Part shown: in pieces, positions 1 through 16,776 of the stretch
Numbering within the stretch: position 1 is the stretch's first letter
Layout of the letters: every line of letters begins with the position of its first letter
Assembly (NCBI GenBank): GCA_033442325.1
Contig: JAWQFM010000019.1
Location: 343,099 to 407,098, forward strand
From: Salpingoeca rosetta
Lineage: Eukaryota > Protista > Choanoflagellata
Reading direction: 5' to 3'
Length of the DNA: 64,000 bases
Made by a program: the position numbers and the translations under genes
Notes under the pieces: model-generated
Databases searched by the model: none
Told to the model about the DNA's origin: nothing
The model's input: the letters and a program-made list of their open reading frames with translations, nothing else

Positions 1-206
1 CATGTGGTAGTGTGTGTTTTGTGCAAGTGAGTTTTGGACAGAGATGTTGTGCACGATGCCTTGATGAGATTGTCTGATGCGATGTGACATTCACTCACAT
101 CAACACTTTACACACACACACACACACATGCACACACATGCATGCATGTATGCGAATGAACACACGCATACACACACATGATAACCACAAAACATGCACC
201 ATGCAG

Positions 207-3487
<3,281 letters not shown>

Positions 3488-3807
3488 TGTGTGTGTGTGT
3501 GTGAGTGTGTGAGTGTGTGTGTGCTACGTGTCTGTAAGTAGCTTGTGACTTGTGTACTTGCATGTCTGTTGTTGTGCTGTATGTGTGCCGCCGGTGTCAA
3601 TCGTTGCGTTCAGTTTCTTGCACTTTGAGTTTCCTGTATTGCCGCATAACTGCGTCCTTCCTTCATCACCATGCTGTTTCACTTACTTGCCGCATTTGCG
3701 TTCGTTTCAAGTCACACCTTCATGTCTGTTGTTTTCGTGCTTGCTTCCCTGAATTCATTGGGTTCAATACATGACGAACGAATAGCCTCATGACCAATGA
3801 CCACACG

Positions 3808-3873
<66 letters not shown>

Positions 3874-3877
3874 ATCA

Positions 3878-6800
3878 TCATTTCTTGTCCACGTCACACT
3901 CTGCCATGAGGGCTTGCACGTTGTCCCTCAGCCACTGCTCGCATTCCTCGCGCGTCATGCGCGGTTGCAGCAGCATTTCGTCCGAAATGCGTTGCACGAG
4001 GCGCCCAACCATGGGTCCCTTGATGTCAAGGATAGTCATGACGTCACGCCCGCTGAGCAGCGGACGCCAGGTCCAGCAGCCAACGAGGCCGGACTTCTCG
4101 ATCCATGGCATGAGGAGTGCAGATGGGAGGTACCGCTCAATCACAAATGCGTGGAAATGGCGCGCAAACACGTCGCAGAGGATGATTGCGTCACGCCAGT
4201 GCTCGCCAGCGGTCACCATTGCTTTTCCAATGGCCAATCGCACATCCGCGGGCAGGTCACCCAAGTCCACGTCGCCCTGCTGCTGTTGTTGCTGCTGTGT
4301 CTGCTGCTGTTGTTGCTGCTGTGTCTGCTGCTGGTCGTCGGGGAGCGGTGCTGTAGCTTCCTCGTGCTTCTCCACGTACAACTTCAACACTTGCCGAGAC
4401 ACCTGCGTTGTGAGCGTGTGTATGAGTGAGCGAGTGAGTGATAACGTGTCACCCGTGGCATGTCCACACCTCATGTCCATCAGCAAGAGGGATCACCGCC
4501 ATCAGCTTGACCTTACCTCTGCAAACTGCTGTGCGCTGAAGAGCATGTGGCAAATCATTTCGGCGCTCGCCTTTGACAGACAGATGCCCCTGCGCAGCAT
4601 GTGGTACACGATGCTCCGGTGTGTCACCTGCACGCATGCACATGCGCGGGGGTGTTGTGGTTTGGTTGGTGTGAACACACGAGCGTGCCAATCAATCTGC
4701 TTGACGTTTGCATTTACACACACACAGACATAGACACACACACACAGACACAGACACACAGACACACAGACACACACACACAGACACACACAGACACACA
4801 CAGACACAACACACACAACACCTTCTTGTCCTGGCTGCAGATGTAACCCCAAAGAGGAGAAAAGAACGCGGACAGGAGCACCGTCTGAACGGCGTGGTGG
4901 TCGCCGTCCTGTGCATACATACACACGCATGGATGAAGCAGTGGGTGGCGTGACACGGAGCCAAGGGGCGACACAACAAGGCGGAAGAAGCCAAGACAGG
5001 GTTGAGTAACGCAGGACACAGACACAGACACAGACACACACACAGACACAGACACACACACACACACACAGACACACACACACACATACACAGACACACA
5101 GACACAGACACAGACCTGTGCTTTTGCGACGATGGATTTGTTGGCGCGGTTCGCGATTTCGAGCGAAGCCTCCATGACGAGCCGCGGCTCAATCATGCGC
5201 AGCGGGACGGGGAAGTAGGGGAAGGGCACCATCTATCCCAGGTGGTGGGGGGGGGGTTCAGGTGGTGGCGAGGATGGGGTGAGGCGAGGACATGAGGGTA
5301 CGCAGTGATGCTTCGTGGAAGTGCGAGTGGATGTCATGCTGCAGCACGACACACCATGTGCAACGTGGCACTCGCAGCAGCGGACACAACACTTGACTGC
5401 GCACTGGTGCTCCTCATGTCGCGCACACACACACACAATCATACACAATCATACACAACACACGTGCACACTGTCACACCTGCATTGTAGGGTCGCGGTG
5501 GTACTCTGCCGGGCTGTGGAACACGACATCGTACAGACCGAGATTGCACAGCAGCGACAGACACGCGAGGGGGTGGTCTGGGCGCGGTGGTGGACGGGTG
5601 GTGGCGGGGTGAATGAATGAAGGAATGGTGGAGAGGGTGTGGCACGCACGGGGCGTGTTTGAGTCAAAACAAGCACCACAGTCACACGAACACATGATGT
5701 TACACCTGCTTTGAACATCTTGTCGACCTCGATGCCATAGCGCTCCCTGCTCACTTTCGTCTGCAGACATTCCTTCACCTGCATACATGGGTAACGAGGA
5801 CAAGAGCATGAGGCGCGTGTGTAGGAACTGCAACACAACGCAATCGCCGCACACATGCACACGCACACACACACACACACACGCACACACACAGACACAC
5901 ACAGACACACACAGACACACACAGACACACACAGACACACACACACAACCACAACGGCACCTGCGGGTCAAGGATGGCGTGCCTGGCGGCGTCTTCGAGC
6001 TTGAAGCCGTAACGGCCCGTGTACCGGATCGCCCGCAGCACGCGCAGTGGATCCTGTAGCCATTGGCGGCGGGCGGTGATGGGAACACGGGTGGGGAGGT
6101 TGCGAATGGGATGCCGATGAACATGAGGGCATGCTTCTTGTTCATACATACACAGACACACACACACACACACAAAGACACCCAGACACACACACAGACA
6201 CACAAAGACACCCAGACACCCAGACCCCCCCCCCAACACACAGACACAGACACAAAAGCAGCAAAGCCAGCCAACTACACCTCCTTGAAGCTCCGCAGCG
6301 GGTCTGCGGGCGTGCGCACGAGGCCGAGGTCAAGATCGCTAAGGCCCGTGTCGGTGAAATCTTCAATTGCGTCCTGGTTGATGTTGTAGTAGAGGGCGTT
6401 GATGGTGAAGTCGCGACGTGCCGTGTCCTCCAGGATGGTGCCCGGTGACACCTTTGGGATGCGGCTCTCGGGGTCGTACACCTGGTGCAGGCGGCGGCAG
6501 GGACGGAGATGGGGATGAGGATGGGAGAGAGTGTTGGTTGGATGACAATGGTGGTGAGCGTGTGCGGTTGGGGGATGGATGAATCAGCAACACACTTGCA
6601 TGCGTAGTCAATGCGGCGTTATGTGATGCGTCTGATTGTGGTGGGGGATAGGAGGTGGGTGACACAACACTGGACAAGCATGAGTGTGGATAAGGACCTC
6701 TGTGCGAAGGGCGTTGAGGTCGATTTCAAGGTCATAAAGCTTGATGGTGGACACCTGAGATGGCACGGCGATGATTCAGCCACAACACGCCAAGGTGAGT

Positions 6801-6897
6801 TGTTGCACAAAAGCGCGAGCATGCACAACGAGCGAACGCGCGTGCGTGCACACGCGTGTACGCACGCACGTATGCATACGCACTTGTGTACGCACAC

Positions 6898-6942
<45 letters not shown>

Positions 6943-7707
6943 GCGGTGCATGTCTGCAAACCTGCAAGTGAGCAGACTGTTCTGGCACAGGCAAGATCTT
7001 GAACCGCGCTGCATCCTTCTCATTCTGCACGGCACAGCAAAGCAATCACACAGGAGGCACGCACAAACACCTGTCAGACAACATGATACACGATCTTACC
7101 CGCGTATGCACTCCACACATGGCAGCTTCTCACACTCTCTTTCCTTCCCTACACAAACACACGCACACTGTTCCTTGGCGCACCTTCTCTTTGAGGAGCT
7201 GTTCGATGTGAAGGGCGAGATCGGAGCCTGACAGGCTGTCGGTGGTGATGTCAATGTCCAGGGACTCACGGCCAAGCAGTTTGTCGCGCACCCAGCCACC
7301 CGCAACGCGCAACGTGTCCTTCAAATGGAAGCGCTGAACCTGCAGCGTATGGGTGCGCATGCGCGTGTGTACGTGTGCGCATGCGTACGTGTATGTGTGT
7401 GTATGTGTGCACGCGTTATGTGTGTGTACGTGTGTGAGCGCTGTCAGAAAGGTGTAGCACACAGCATATTGCCACAACCACACACACACACACACACACA
7501 ATAAGACACACACACACAATCACACACACAATCACACACACACACACCACGTGCGCGGCCTTCCTGATGCAATCAACACCACATCCACCGCTACAGCGCG
7601 CGCACCACATCGATGAGGAGGGCAAAGACGCGGTGCTCCAGATCCGTCAGCCGTATCCTTCCTGTGGCTGCCGCTTGCTCGATCACAGCGTGCGCACGCG
7701 CCGACAT
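3878..7707 (-). CDS. Class II tRNA nucleotidyltransferase (CCA-adding enzyme family, fungal/plant-like type), multi-exon
   Basis: Spliced motifs: MSARAHAVIEQ...IRLTDLEHRVFALLIDV; LRVAGGWVRDKLLGRESLDIDI; IDLNALRTEVYDPESRIPKVSPGTILEDTARRDFTINALYYNI; DPLRVLRAIRY; KVSRERYGIEVDKM; C-terminal PLLSGRDVM...GPMVG. Stop at 3878. Confidence 0.93.
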
Positions 7708-7905
7708 GATGCTTGTGTGGTGCGCGGTGTGCAATTTGATGTGTGTGATGTGTGATGCGTGCGATGTGTGGTGTGCTTCTTGTCGCGTTCTGCTTCACCA
7801 CACTGCTTGTTTGGCTGATAACCGGTGCTGAAAATCAGCACAAGATTTCTACCAATTGTCCGAACTTCACTCGACCCACACCAGCAGCAAGCGACAACGA
7901 AGAAG

Positions 7906-8552
7906 ATGGATGAGGGTGACTGGGTGTCTTGGTGGCGGGCGATGTTTGGGCTTGGGGGAGAGCTCATCGTGTTCCTGTACATGCCAGGCCTCTTGCTGTG
8001 GGCCATTCTCCTTGGACTAAAGGTGAAGCAGTGCGCGCGATGGGATGCTTGCACATACGTACATGCTTGTTGTGTGCTCACGCTCTTACATGGCGGGTGT
8101 GTATGTTGATTCGTCTGCTGTGCTCATGCGTCTGTGAGTTTGCTTGCCATGTACAGCGATCCGTCTGCACTTCGCCCCCTCCCAACTATTTGTAACTGCC
8201 CTCTCCCTCAGCTAACGCTTGCACTTCTCAACCACCACATCACGCCCATGTACAGGTTGACGGGTATTTGGAAACATCGTGGTGGAATGTGACCATCCCC
8301 ATGTTCTTGGCGACGGGCGTGACGGCGTACACCCTGCTGGTGGCTGCTGCGCGAATGTGGCGCGCACGCGGCAAGCGCTTTGCGCGTGGGAAAGGCCTCT
8401 TTGCGTTCGCACAGCTGTGCAACTTGCTCGTGTTTGTCTTCTTTGTCAGGCTCTGCGTGCACTTGGAGGACGGGTCGGACGGCTATGGCGCCCCGGCCGC
8501 GCCCTTGATCACGCTGGCTGCATGTTGTGCCGCAAGGTTATTCATTCGATGA
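7906..8552 (+). CDS. TMEM203: TMEM203-like small multi-pass membrane protein (2 exons: 7906-8022, 8256-8552)
   Basis: Spliced product ...LLLWAILLGLK|VDGYLETSWWNVTIPMFLATGVTAYTLLVAAARMW... closely follows human TMEM203 as I recall it (LLALRVDG...SWWNVFVPFFAADGLSTY), with similar length and 4 hydrophobic segments. Confidence 0.75.
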
Positions 8553-8686
8553 CAACAACAGGCAACAGATGCACCGCAGACGCCTTGGTTACCTGTGCGA
8601 TTGTGTATGTATATATGTGGGCTCCATTGACCGCTTGTCACAAGTTAATTGATGCGAGAGAAGCTGGCTTGCCGTTATATTTGCTC

Positions 8687-8795
<109 letters not shown>

Positions 8796-8816
8796 TGCGA
8801 GTGTGTGTATGCACGT

Positions 8817-9172
8817 TGTGTGGTATTTGAGGGTTGGACCGTTGTCACCATTATCACCATTGTCACCGACACCCATAACAAGTAAACGAACGATCTTTGT
8901 CCCTTGATTCAAGTGTGCAATTGTAAACTAGCTTTAATCAATAGAGGGGATACGGCTTGGAGGTACCTAGCACTGTCATAGTGCCTGCCAAAAAGGGAGT
9001 GGGAGGAGGGGGGGGGCGGAGTTAACAACGAAAGCATGGACAGCTTCCCACTTCCTTTAAAACGCAGCCTCCCTCATCAGGCCCGGCGCCGGCTAGTTTA
9101 GCCTATATAAGGCTATGCCTGTCTGGGCCCGTGTGCGGCGCAGGCCCTGTCCAAACCCTTAGGTACCGCTCA
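8817..9172 (-). mobile_element. Candidate solo LTR / inserted element (~356 bp)
   Basis: TG...CA ends with an imperfect terminal inverted repeat (TGTGTGGTAT vs TGAGCGGTAC, 7/10), a TATA-like cttatatagg, an ATTAAA downstream on the minus strand, and no CA/TG microsatellite texture. No clean target-site duplication. Confidence 0.4.
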
Positions 9173-11682
9173 CGTGTCAGCTTGGACAGGATGGCCGGCG
9201 CTGGGATGAACAGGAACGGCAAGCCTGCACGAGAGAGGACGTGTGTGTGTGAGTGTGTGAGTGAGCTGAATTGAAAGTAAACCCAACAAAGGGCTTGTCC
9301 AAATTGTCGTCGCTCTCTCATACACGCAGCAACCACCATCATCACGACGACCACACCACCACCATGATGACTAACCAAAGACGATGCATGCGCAGGAGGA
9401 GACAAAGGCGATGAGGGCGAGCTGCGTGTGTGGCTGCGCAACGGAGAGCAGAGATATCGCCAGCACCAGGCTGTGGTGTGCAAGCAAGGTGGAGGCACAG
9501 GAACACGGACAGTGAGGGGAGGTGGTGAGCACGTCGGGGGAAAGTTGTCAGTGATCAAGCACGACTTGGTCAGGTGCACAGACGAACAAAACAAAACAAA
9601 CAAACAAATGAACAGACAGACAAACAAACAAACAAACAAAACAAACAAACACACACAGCACACAACACAACACAAACAAACCAACAAACAAACAAACAAA
9701 CAAACAAACCATATACCCCCGCCCCAAACGTACCCCGTGAACTCGAAACCGATGCCGGCACCGATGATCCAGCGGTCGGTGACGCCAAACGAGGACGTGA
9801 GCACGCGCACGAGCACAAACGAGACAATGGCAACCGCGCCAACAACAATGTACATGATACTGTTGTTCGTCTCCGACCACCCAAAGTACTGCTGCGTGAA
9901 AGGGGTGACCCACGTCTCAAGGCCAACCTGGTTGAAGATGCACAGAAACTGCACGAGGAACAGCACCACCACGTGCAGCTGCGTGTACTCCTGCACGCGC
10001 GTCATGCCAACAGCAAGGCTCTCTTCGCCTCCCACCACTCGGTCTTCCGCCCCACTGCCTCCGCCCTGCACGCTCCCTTTCGTGCTGCCATACGAGGCCT
10101 TGTTCTTGTCCCCAAATCGCTCGCTCGTGCTTGCAAGCAACGCATCGCGTTCGCTGCGCGTTTCCCCCTTCACCACCCGGGCCTTTGACCCATTAACGTG
10201 CTTCTCCTGACGAGACCCAATCTGCACCGCATCATTGCCAACACCATCACCATGTGCACCACCATCACCATTGCCGACACCAGCGTCTGTGCCGCGTTCG
10301 CCCGGCGGGAGGCGCTGGATGTCGTGGAATCCAAACGCGCTGATGAGCAGCGAGACCGTCCACAGAACCGTCATGATGGCGCCTGGCGCGGACAGGCTGT
10401 CCACCAGGAAAGGGCCGAGGTGGAAGCGGAGTCCCTCAAAGGCAAAGTTGAGGCCCGGCCCAACGAGGATGCCCAGCTGCCGGCACATGATGACGGTGCC
10501 GATGACAGACGTGCGTTCCTCGCGCGTGCTCACGCGGGCCAGGTACGCAAAGGAGGCCGCAGCCACACCGTTGCCCAGCCCGCACAGGAAGCGCGACTCA
10601 AGCACGCAGTACGCGTCATTGGCGATCATGTACACAAAGTTTCCGCACACCATGAACACGCCCGCGGCAAGCAGCAGCTTCTTCGTGCCGCCGGCGTCGG
10701 CGAAGAGGCCAAAAACGGGGCTGCTGATCATGCTGGCGATGCTGATGCCGGAGATGGTGAGGCCCAGGAACCAGCGGTGGTCCATCCCAAGCGCCTGCAG
10801 AAACTTCCAGATGGTCGGCAGGATCACAGCATACTCCACGCCTGTGGCGTAGGATTGTTTAACGTGAGTGGGAGCGAGAATATAAGTGAGGTGGACACAG
10901 CTGCAGCAAAACACATGGGGACACGAAAATAAAACAAAAAGTCTCATCCACACACACACACACATACACAAAATACACAAACACTCACTCACTCACCCTC
11001 ACACACACATACACAAACACTCACTCACTCCCTCACACACACACACACACACCACTCACTCACTCACCCCACACTCACTCACCACCTCCCCCTTCCCCCC
11101 CACCCGGCCGCAAACCCCACCTGAAAAGAACCAGAAGAGCCCGAGGACGATGAGGGAAGTCTTGCGCTGGCTGCGGGTGAGGCCAACAGCATCCAGGAGC
11201 TTGTCCACCTCCGTTTGCGCGCCACCGCCTGCTGTTCTGTCTGTGGAAGACGAGGGCGAGGTCGGCTCTTCCACGACATAGATGTCCTGCTGTATATGCC
11301 CTCGCTGTTTGGCCAGGAGTGGCGCTCTTCCATCGTCGTCGTTGGCGCCGCTGCCATCCTCCACGTCATCGGCGTCGTCGTCGACGTAGTATTCATTGTT
11401 GTTGCCAACGCTCTGTTGAATGTTGAAGCTGTTTGCGTGTTGAAGGCGGATGGAGGTGTTGTCCATGTCATCACAAGCATGGCAATCATCGTCGTCGTCG
11501 TCGTCATCGTCACCACGATTGCGGTTCCCGCGGCTCGTAACATGTGCCCTGCTGCTGCCACCACTCGACCTCACACTGTTGCGCCCACTTCCACCGCGAT
11601 CCCCAGCACCGCCACCACCACCACCACCATGGCCACTCTGCATCCCCCTCCTTCTTGCCAGCTGGTCCTTGTGGCTGTCCAT
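9173..11682 (-). CDS. MFS transporter, MFSD8/CLN7-like; last two TM helices not found (possibly truncated)
   Basis: Exons ~11682-11121, 10841-9734, ~9470-9375 and ~9224-9173. Motifs GVEYAVILPTIW, SPVFGLFAD, SRFLCGLGNG, EERTSVIG...LGILVGPG, LETWVTPFTQQYFGW, and GLPF...ILSKLT at the end. Dileucine-type motifs EVDKLL and ERDALL. Confidence 0.85.
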
Positions 11683-11878
11683 CGTCTTCCCTGTCTTTGT
11701 ATCGCTCCACGCGCCACCGTCATCAGCTTCCGCCACACTGCCGATTATTGACCCAAAATATTCACCAATCGCCACAACTTGCGATCGCTTGAAGTGTGTG
11801 ATTGCAGCTTGCTGCTCGACTTGTTGCTTCGTGGTTGGAAGCAAGAAGCAAAAGCAAGAGTTGAGCACAGCGACGAGG

Positions 11879-12554
11879 ATGGAGAGGCTGCAGGCGTGTC
11901 GACAAGACTTGGTGTTGTTGGAAGGGCAGATTGCGCCGCGGGATGGCGTGCCGACCTTTGAGCAATTCTCCGTTGCCTGGCGCCAGCTCTCCTTCTCCGC
12001 AGTGCACCTTGCCGCCAACGATCAAATGGAGCGACAATTGGTCAGTGTACGTGTGCGTGTGTGGGTGGATGGGTGTGTGCGCGCACGGTGTGTGTGCGCA
12101 TATGTGCATATGTGTGTATGTCTGCATTTGCGCGTTTGCCTGTACACGTGTGTGTCTGCATTTGCCTGTACATGTGTGTGAGTGTTTGGTTGCATTCGTG
12201 CTGCTGTCATCTCCTTCCCTCCTCATTGTGCTCGACTGTTGTTATGATGTCTAGGTCTTGGACACCATGTGCCACGCTGCCACAGACATGCTTGATGCCA
12301 CGCTTGAGCAACGGGTGAGCCACATGCATATGTATGTGTGCGTTTGTGTGCCGTGGATTGCCAATTGCGCAAGTGTGGCAACTGGCGGCTGGATTGGTTT
12401 AGCACACTGTGTTTCTATCCCACGTTGTCCGCTCACAGATGTGTGAATGTTGTTTGCTTTCCTTCCATGTTGCAGATCCAAGTGTGCGGTGTTTTTGTGT
12501 TGTATTCCCTCTGGAAGACGGCCCTCAAAGGACAGCAGTTCAAGGTGAGCAGGG

Positions 12555-12595
<41 letters not shown>

Positions 12596-13733
12596 GCGGC
12601 TTTCATGGTGAACTTGACGTGGTGCTCAGGGAACATGGGGTGCTCAGTACAAACTCGTCTCACGTGAATCCCCCTTTTCACTACCACAGATTCCGGCCGA
12701 TCCTTCATCGTGGCCCAACATCATCAACCTGTACAACACATGGGAGGTGTGTGTGTGTGTGTGATTATTTGTCCCCCCCCCCCTGCTTGCTCACCACTCT
12801 CTTTTCACGCCACTGTCTTTCCACCCCACTCTCTGCTCCTCACCCCTCTCGTCTCACCCTTTTTCCCCCCTCCCCGCATTCTCCCCATCATCACCCTTTA
12901 CAACCATCACTTCACTCTGCCCTCAACTTGCCCCCNNNNNNNNNNNNNNNNNNNNNNNNNNNNNNNNNNNNNNNNNNNNNNNNNNNNNNNNNNNNNNNNN
13001 NNNNNNNNNNNNNNNNNNNNNNNNNNNNNNNNNNNNNNNNNNNNNNNNNNNNNNNNNNNNNNNNNNNNNNNNNNNNNNNNNNNNNNNNNNNNNNNNNNNN
13101 NNNNNNNNNNNNNNNNNNNNNNNNNNNNNNNNNNNNNNNNNNNNNNNNNNNNNNNNNNNNNNNNNNNNNNNNNNNNNNNNNNNNNNNNNNNNNNNNNNNN
13201 NNNNNNNNNNNNNNNNNNNNNNNNNNNNNNNNNNNNNNNNNNNNNNNNNNNNNNNNNNNNNNNNNNNNNNNNNNNNNNNNNNNNNNNNNNNNNNNNNNNN
13301 NNNNNNNNNNNNNNNNNNNNNNNNNNNNNNNNNNNNNNNNNNNNNNNNNNNNNNNNNNNNNNNNNNNNNNNNNNNNNNNNNNNNNNNNNNNNNNNNNNNN
13401 NNNNNNNNNNNNNNNNNNNNNNNNNNNNNNNNNNNNNNNNNNNNNNNNNNNNNNNNNNNNNNNNNNNNNNNNNNNNNNNNNNNNNNNNNNNNNNNNNNNN
13501 NNNNNNNNNNNNNNNNNNNNNNNNNNNNNNNNNNNNNNNNNNNNNNNNNNNNNNNNNNNNNNNNNNNNNNNNNNNNNNNNNNNNNNNNNNNNNNNNNNNN
13601 NNNNNNNNNNNNNNNNNNNNNNNNNNNNNNNNNNNNNNNNNNNNNNNNNNNNNNNNNNNNNNNNNNNNNNNNNNNNNNNNNNNNNNNNNNNNNNNNNNNN
13701 NNNNNNNNNNNNNNNNNNNNNNNNNNNNNNNNN

Positions 13734-13765
<32 letters not shown>

Positions 13766-13783
13766 CTACACTACACTACACAC

Positions 13784-13827
<44 letters not shown>

Positions 13828-13912
13828 GCCGTTGCACCTGCAGGCGAGCACTACCACTCAAGCGTCCACCACCTCCACCTCCTCGTCCTCTGTGCGCCGG
13901 CGCATGACATAA
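11879..13912 (+). CDS. SNAPC1: snRNA-activating protein complex subunit 1 (SNAP43)-like; spans an assembly gap, 3' end uncertain
   Basis: Spliced MERLQACRQDLVLL...PTFEQFSVAWRQLSFSAVH|VLDTMCHAATDML|IQVCGVFVLYSLWKTA...|IPADPSSWPNIINL parallels the SNAPC1 N-terminal domain as I recall it (FEDFTELWRNMKF; IRVGALYLLYGLYNTQ; KIRVALKDW). Confidence 0.65.
12936..13733. other. Assembly gap (N run)
   Basis: Ns. Other gaps at 42390-42489, 46058-46357, 57082-57181 and 63192-63291, all next to microsatellites or homopolymers. Confidence 1.
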
Positions 13913-14291
13913 ACGGCCACGTCATATCACCCCCCTCCCATCCCTCTTCCCGCGCCAAGAATAACGGGCTTCCGTTGCTCGCAGGTTCGGGTATTGCTGC
14001 CGTGTTGTGGCTGGATTAGCATGGCGGGAACGTTGACGAGACAGCACCGGCTGCCGCCTCGCTTGAAGCACGGCAACGACCACGACAACCTCGACAACCA
14101 CGACGACCACGACAATCACAACGTGGCATTCAGCCAGGGCTCGCAACCACACACATTGGAAACCACAGCCGGTGCTCGAGACAAGCCTCGGGCAAGCAGC
14201 CTCATTACACCCTGGTTCGTGGCAACCACGCAAGCTTCCCCTCCATCCCTCTCTCTCTCTTCCGGCAACCACGCCAAAGAGCCCTCCCCCC

Positions 14292-14369
<78 letters not shown>

Positions 14370-14685
14370 ACTGCGGCCGTTTGCACGAAACGAATCCTTG
14401 GCGTTTATGGTGTGTGTGCGCACTGTGCAAAGGAATGCAGCACATGAAAGAAACCAAAAACACAAAAGGGTGCAGGCAAACGGGCAGAGAGGCGAATAGA
14501 GAAGAAGAGGGGACAGGCAAAGTAGGGTAAGACAGGCAAGAGGCGAGAGGGCAACACAAACAAGCAAGGAGACACCACACGCAAACAAGAAGATGAAGAA
14601 GGGAAGAAGACAAGCAATGGCGATTAAGCAGAGAGACGAGTGTGCGTGTTGTTGTGGAGCATGCGTGAATGTGCGCACGCGCGTG

Positions 14686-15106
<421 letters not shown>

Positions 15107-15309
15107 GGTGCGTGGTGGTGGCGTGGAAGAGAGACACGACGACAACAGGAGGAGGTGTGGTGTCTACATGCGCGTTGTGTTGAATGGGTGGTTGGTGGAG
15201 TGTCGTGGAAGAAGCTGAAGAAGGCCGCCCAGAAATTTGCAGAGTCAGCACAATTTCGTGTTTGGCTAGAAAGTTGCTTGAAATCATTCGCAAATCGCCA
15301 CGATCTGCT

Positions 15310-15323
15310 GTCGCCAAGGAAGC
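15310..15323 (+). promoter_or_regulatory. Candidate RFX X-box upstream of the NME8-like gene
   Basis: GTCGCCAAGGAAGC resembles the X-box GTYRCC-N-RGYAAC and lies ~85-95 bp before the ATG of an axonemal-type gene. Confidence 0.3.
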
Positions 15324-15406
15324 AAGAAGCACTGCTCGCCAAACCACCAACACACACTCCACACAACAGACACTCACATCACAGTCAAAACAACACAGCA
15401 CCAGCG

Positions 15407-15689
15407 ATGGCTGCCAAGAAGAAGCAGATCCTGGTGCGTGCGACGTGTGCTTCATTGCTTGCTTGGAGAGCTGCCTTTGCTTGGTCTTGGGTTTTGCCTT
15501 TGCGGCTCTTGACCGACCGTCACAAGTGCTACAACACACTCACTCACACTCAACAACACGCGCGCAAACGCACACATACACACACGCACGCACACACGCA
15601 CACACACACACACACACACGCAAACGCACACATACACATACACATACACACACGCACGCACACACGCACACGCACACACGCACACATAT

Positions 15690-15722
<33 letters not shown>

Positions 15723-16169
15723 GGAGAGCCTGCATTCGCAGGCGGAGTTTGACGAGTTCCTGCAGCGTGAAGGGCTCAAAGGTGAGGCAACGTGCAGCGA
15801 GGGTGTGCTGTGCCGTTTCCAGGGGTAGGATGGGGCTTGTGAGTGGTAACCCCACACGCTTGCGCGTGATGACTATGACATGTCGACCCCGCTTCGCTGC
15901 TTCGCTGCTTCGCTGCCTCGCTGGTTTATCTCACCTGTTGCGTCTCCTTGCGATGCGCGTGGTGTGACGCCAGTCATCGATGCCTACACTGCGTGGTGCG
16001 GACCATGCAAGGCTGCAGAATCCATCTTCAAGCGACTGAAGATTGATCTTGCTGACGACCTCCTGCACTTTGCCTCTGTGAGCGAACATGCGCGGCCCAC
16101 AACAATGCCACCTGTTTATTTGTTTTGAACACCCTCGCACGTGCCAATGCTTGTTTGTTTTCTCCTCCT

Positions 16170-16209
<40 letters not shown>

Positions 16210-16687
16210 ACATACACACATACACACACACACACACACACATACACACACACACGCTCTCTTGCTTTCATTGCCCCGTTTCTGAAATTCACTCGTATGC
16301 TGAACACACCGAAACATTCCACACAGGCCGAGACTGACAAGATTGAGAAGCTCTCCGAGTACCACGGTACATCGCGGCCCACGTTCCTCATCTACGGCGT
16401 ACGTTGCACCTCATAAGCTGCGGTGCAGCCTTTTTACCCGTGACACTTCGCTGTGCTTGGGTGGACTGCTCGGCGTACGCTGTTGCCTTTGTTGCGTTCA
16501 CGTACTCTCCTTCTCACCACGAGGCCTCTGCCCCTGCTTCTGTGTCGTGCATGTAGGCGGACGTGCTTGTGAATGCGCTGTTGGGCATCAACGGACCGCA
16601 CCTCAGCGACATGGTCAAGGAGGAGCTGCAAAAAGAGCACGAGGCCCTCGAGTCGGGCGCCGAGCGGCAGGAGGTGCGCCGTGCCGT

Positions 16688-16776
<89 letters not shown>

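Noticed and set aside
8470-8591. Possible terminal MFS exon on the minus strand (cacag|gt aac caa ggc, giving NQGVCGASV...)
   Set aside because: It has no hydrophobic TM11-12 or LGP motif and would overlap the TMEM203 CDS antisense.
11683-12018. N-terminal extension of the MFS ORF
   Set aside because: It lacks an upstream ATG and overlaps SNAPC1-like exon 1 antisense; the ATG at 11682 is preferred.
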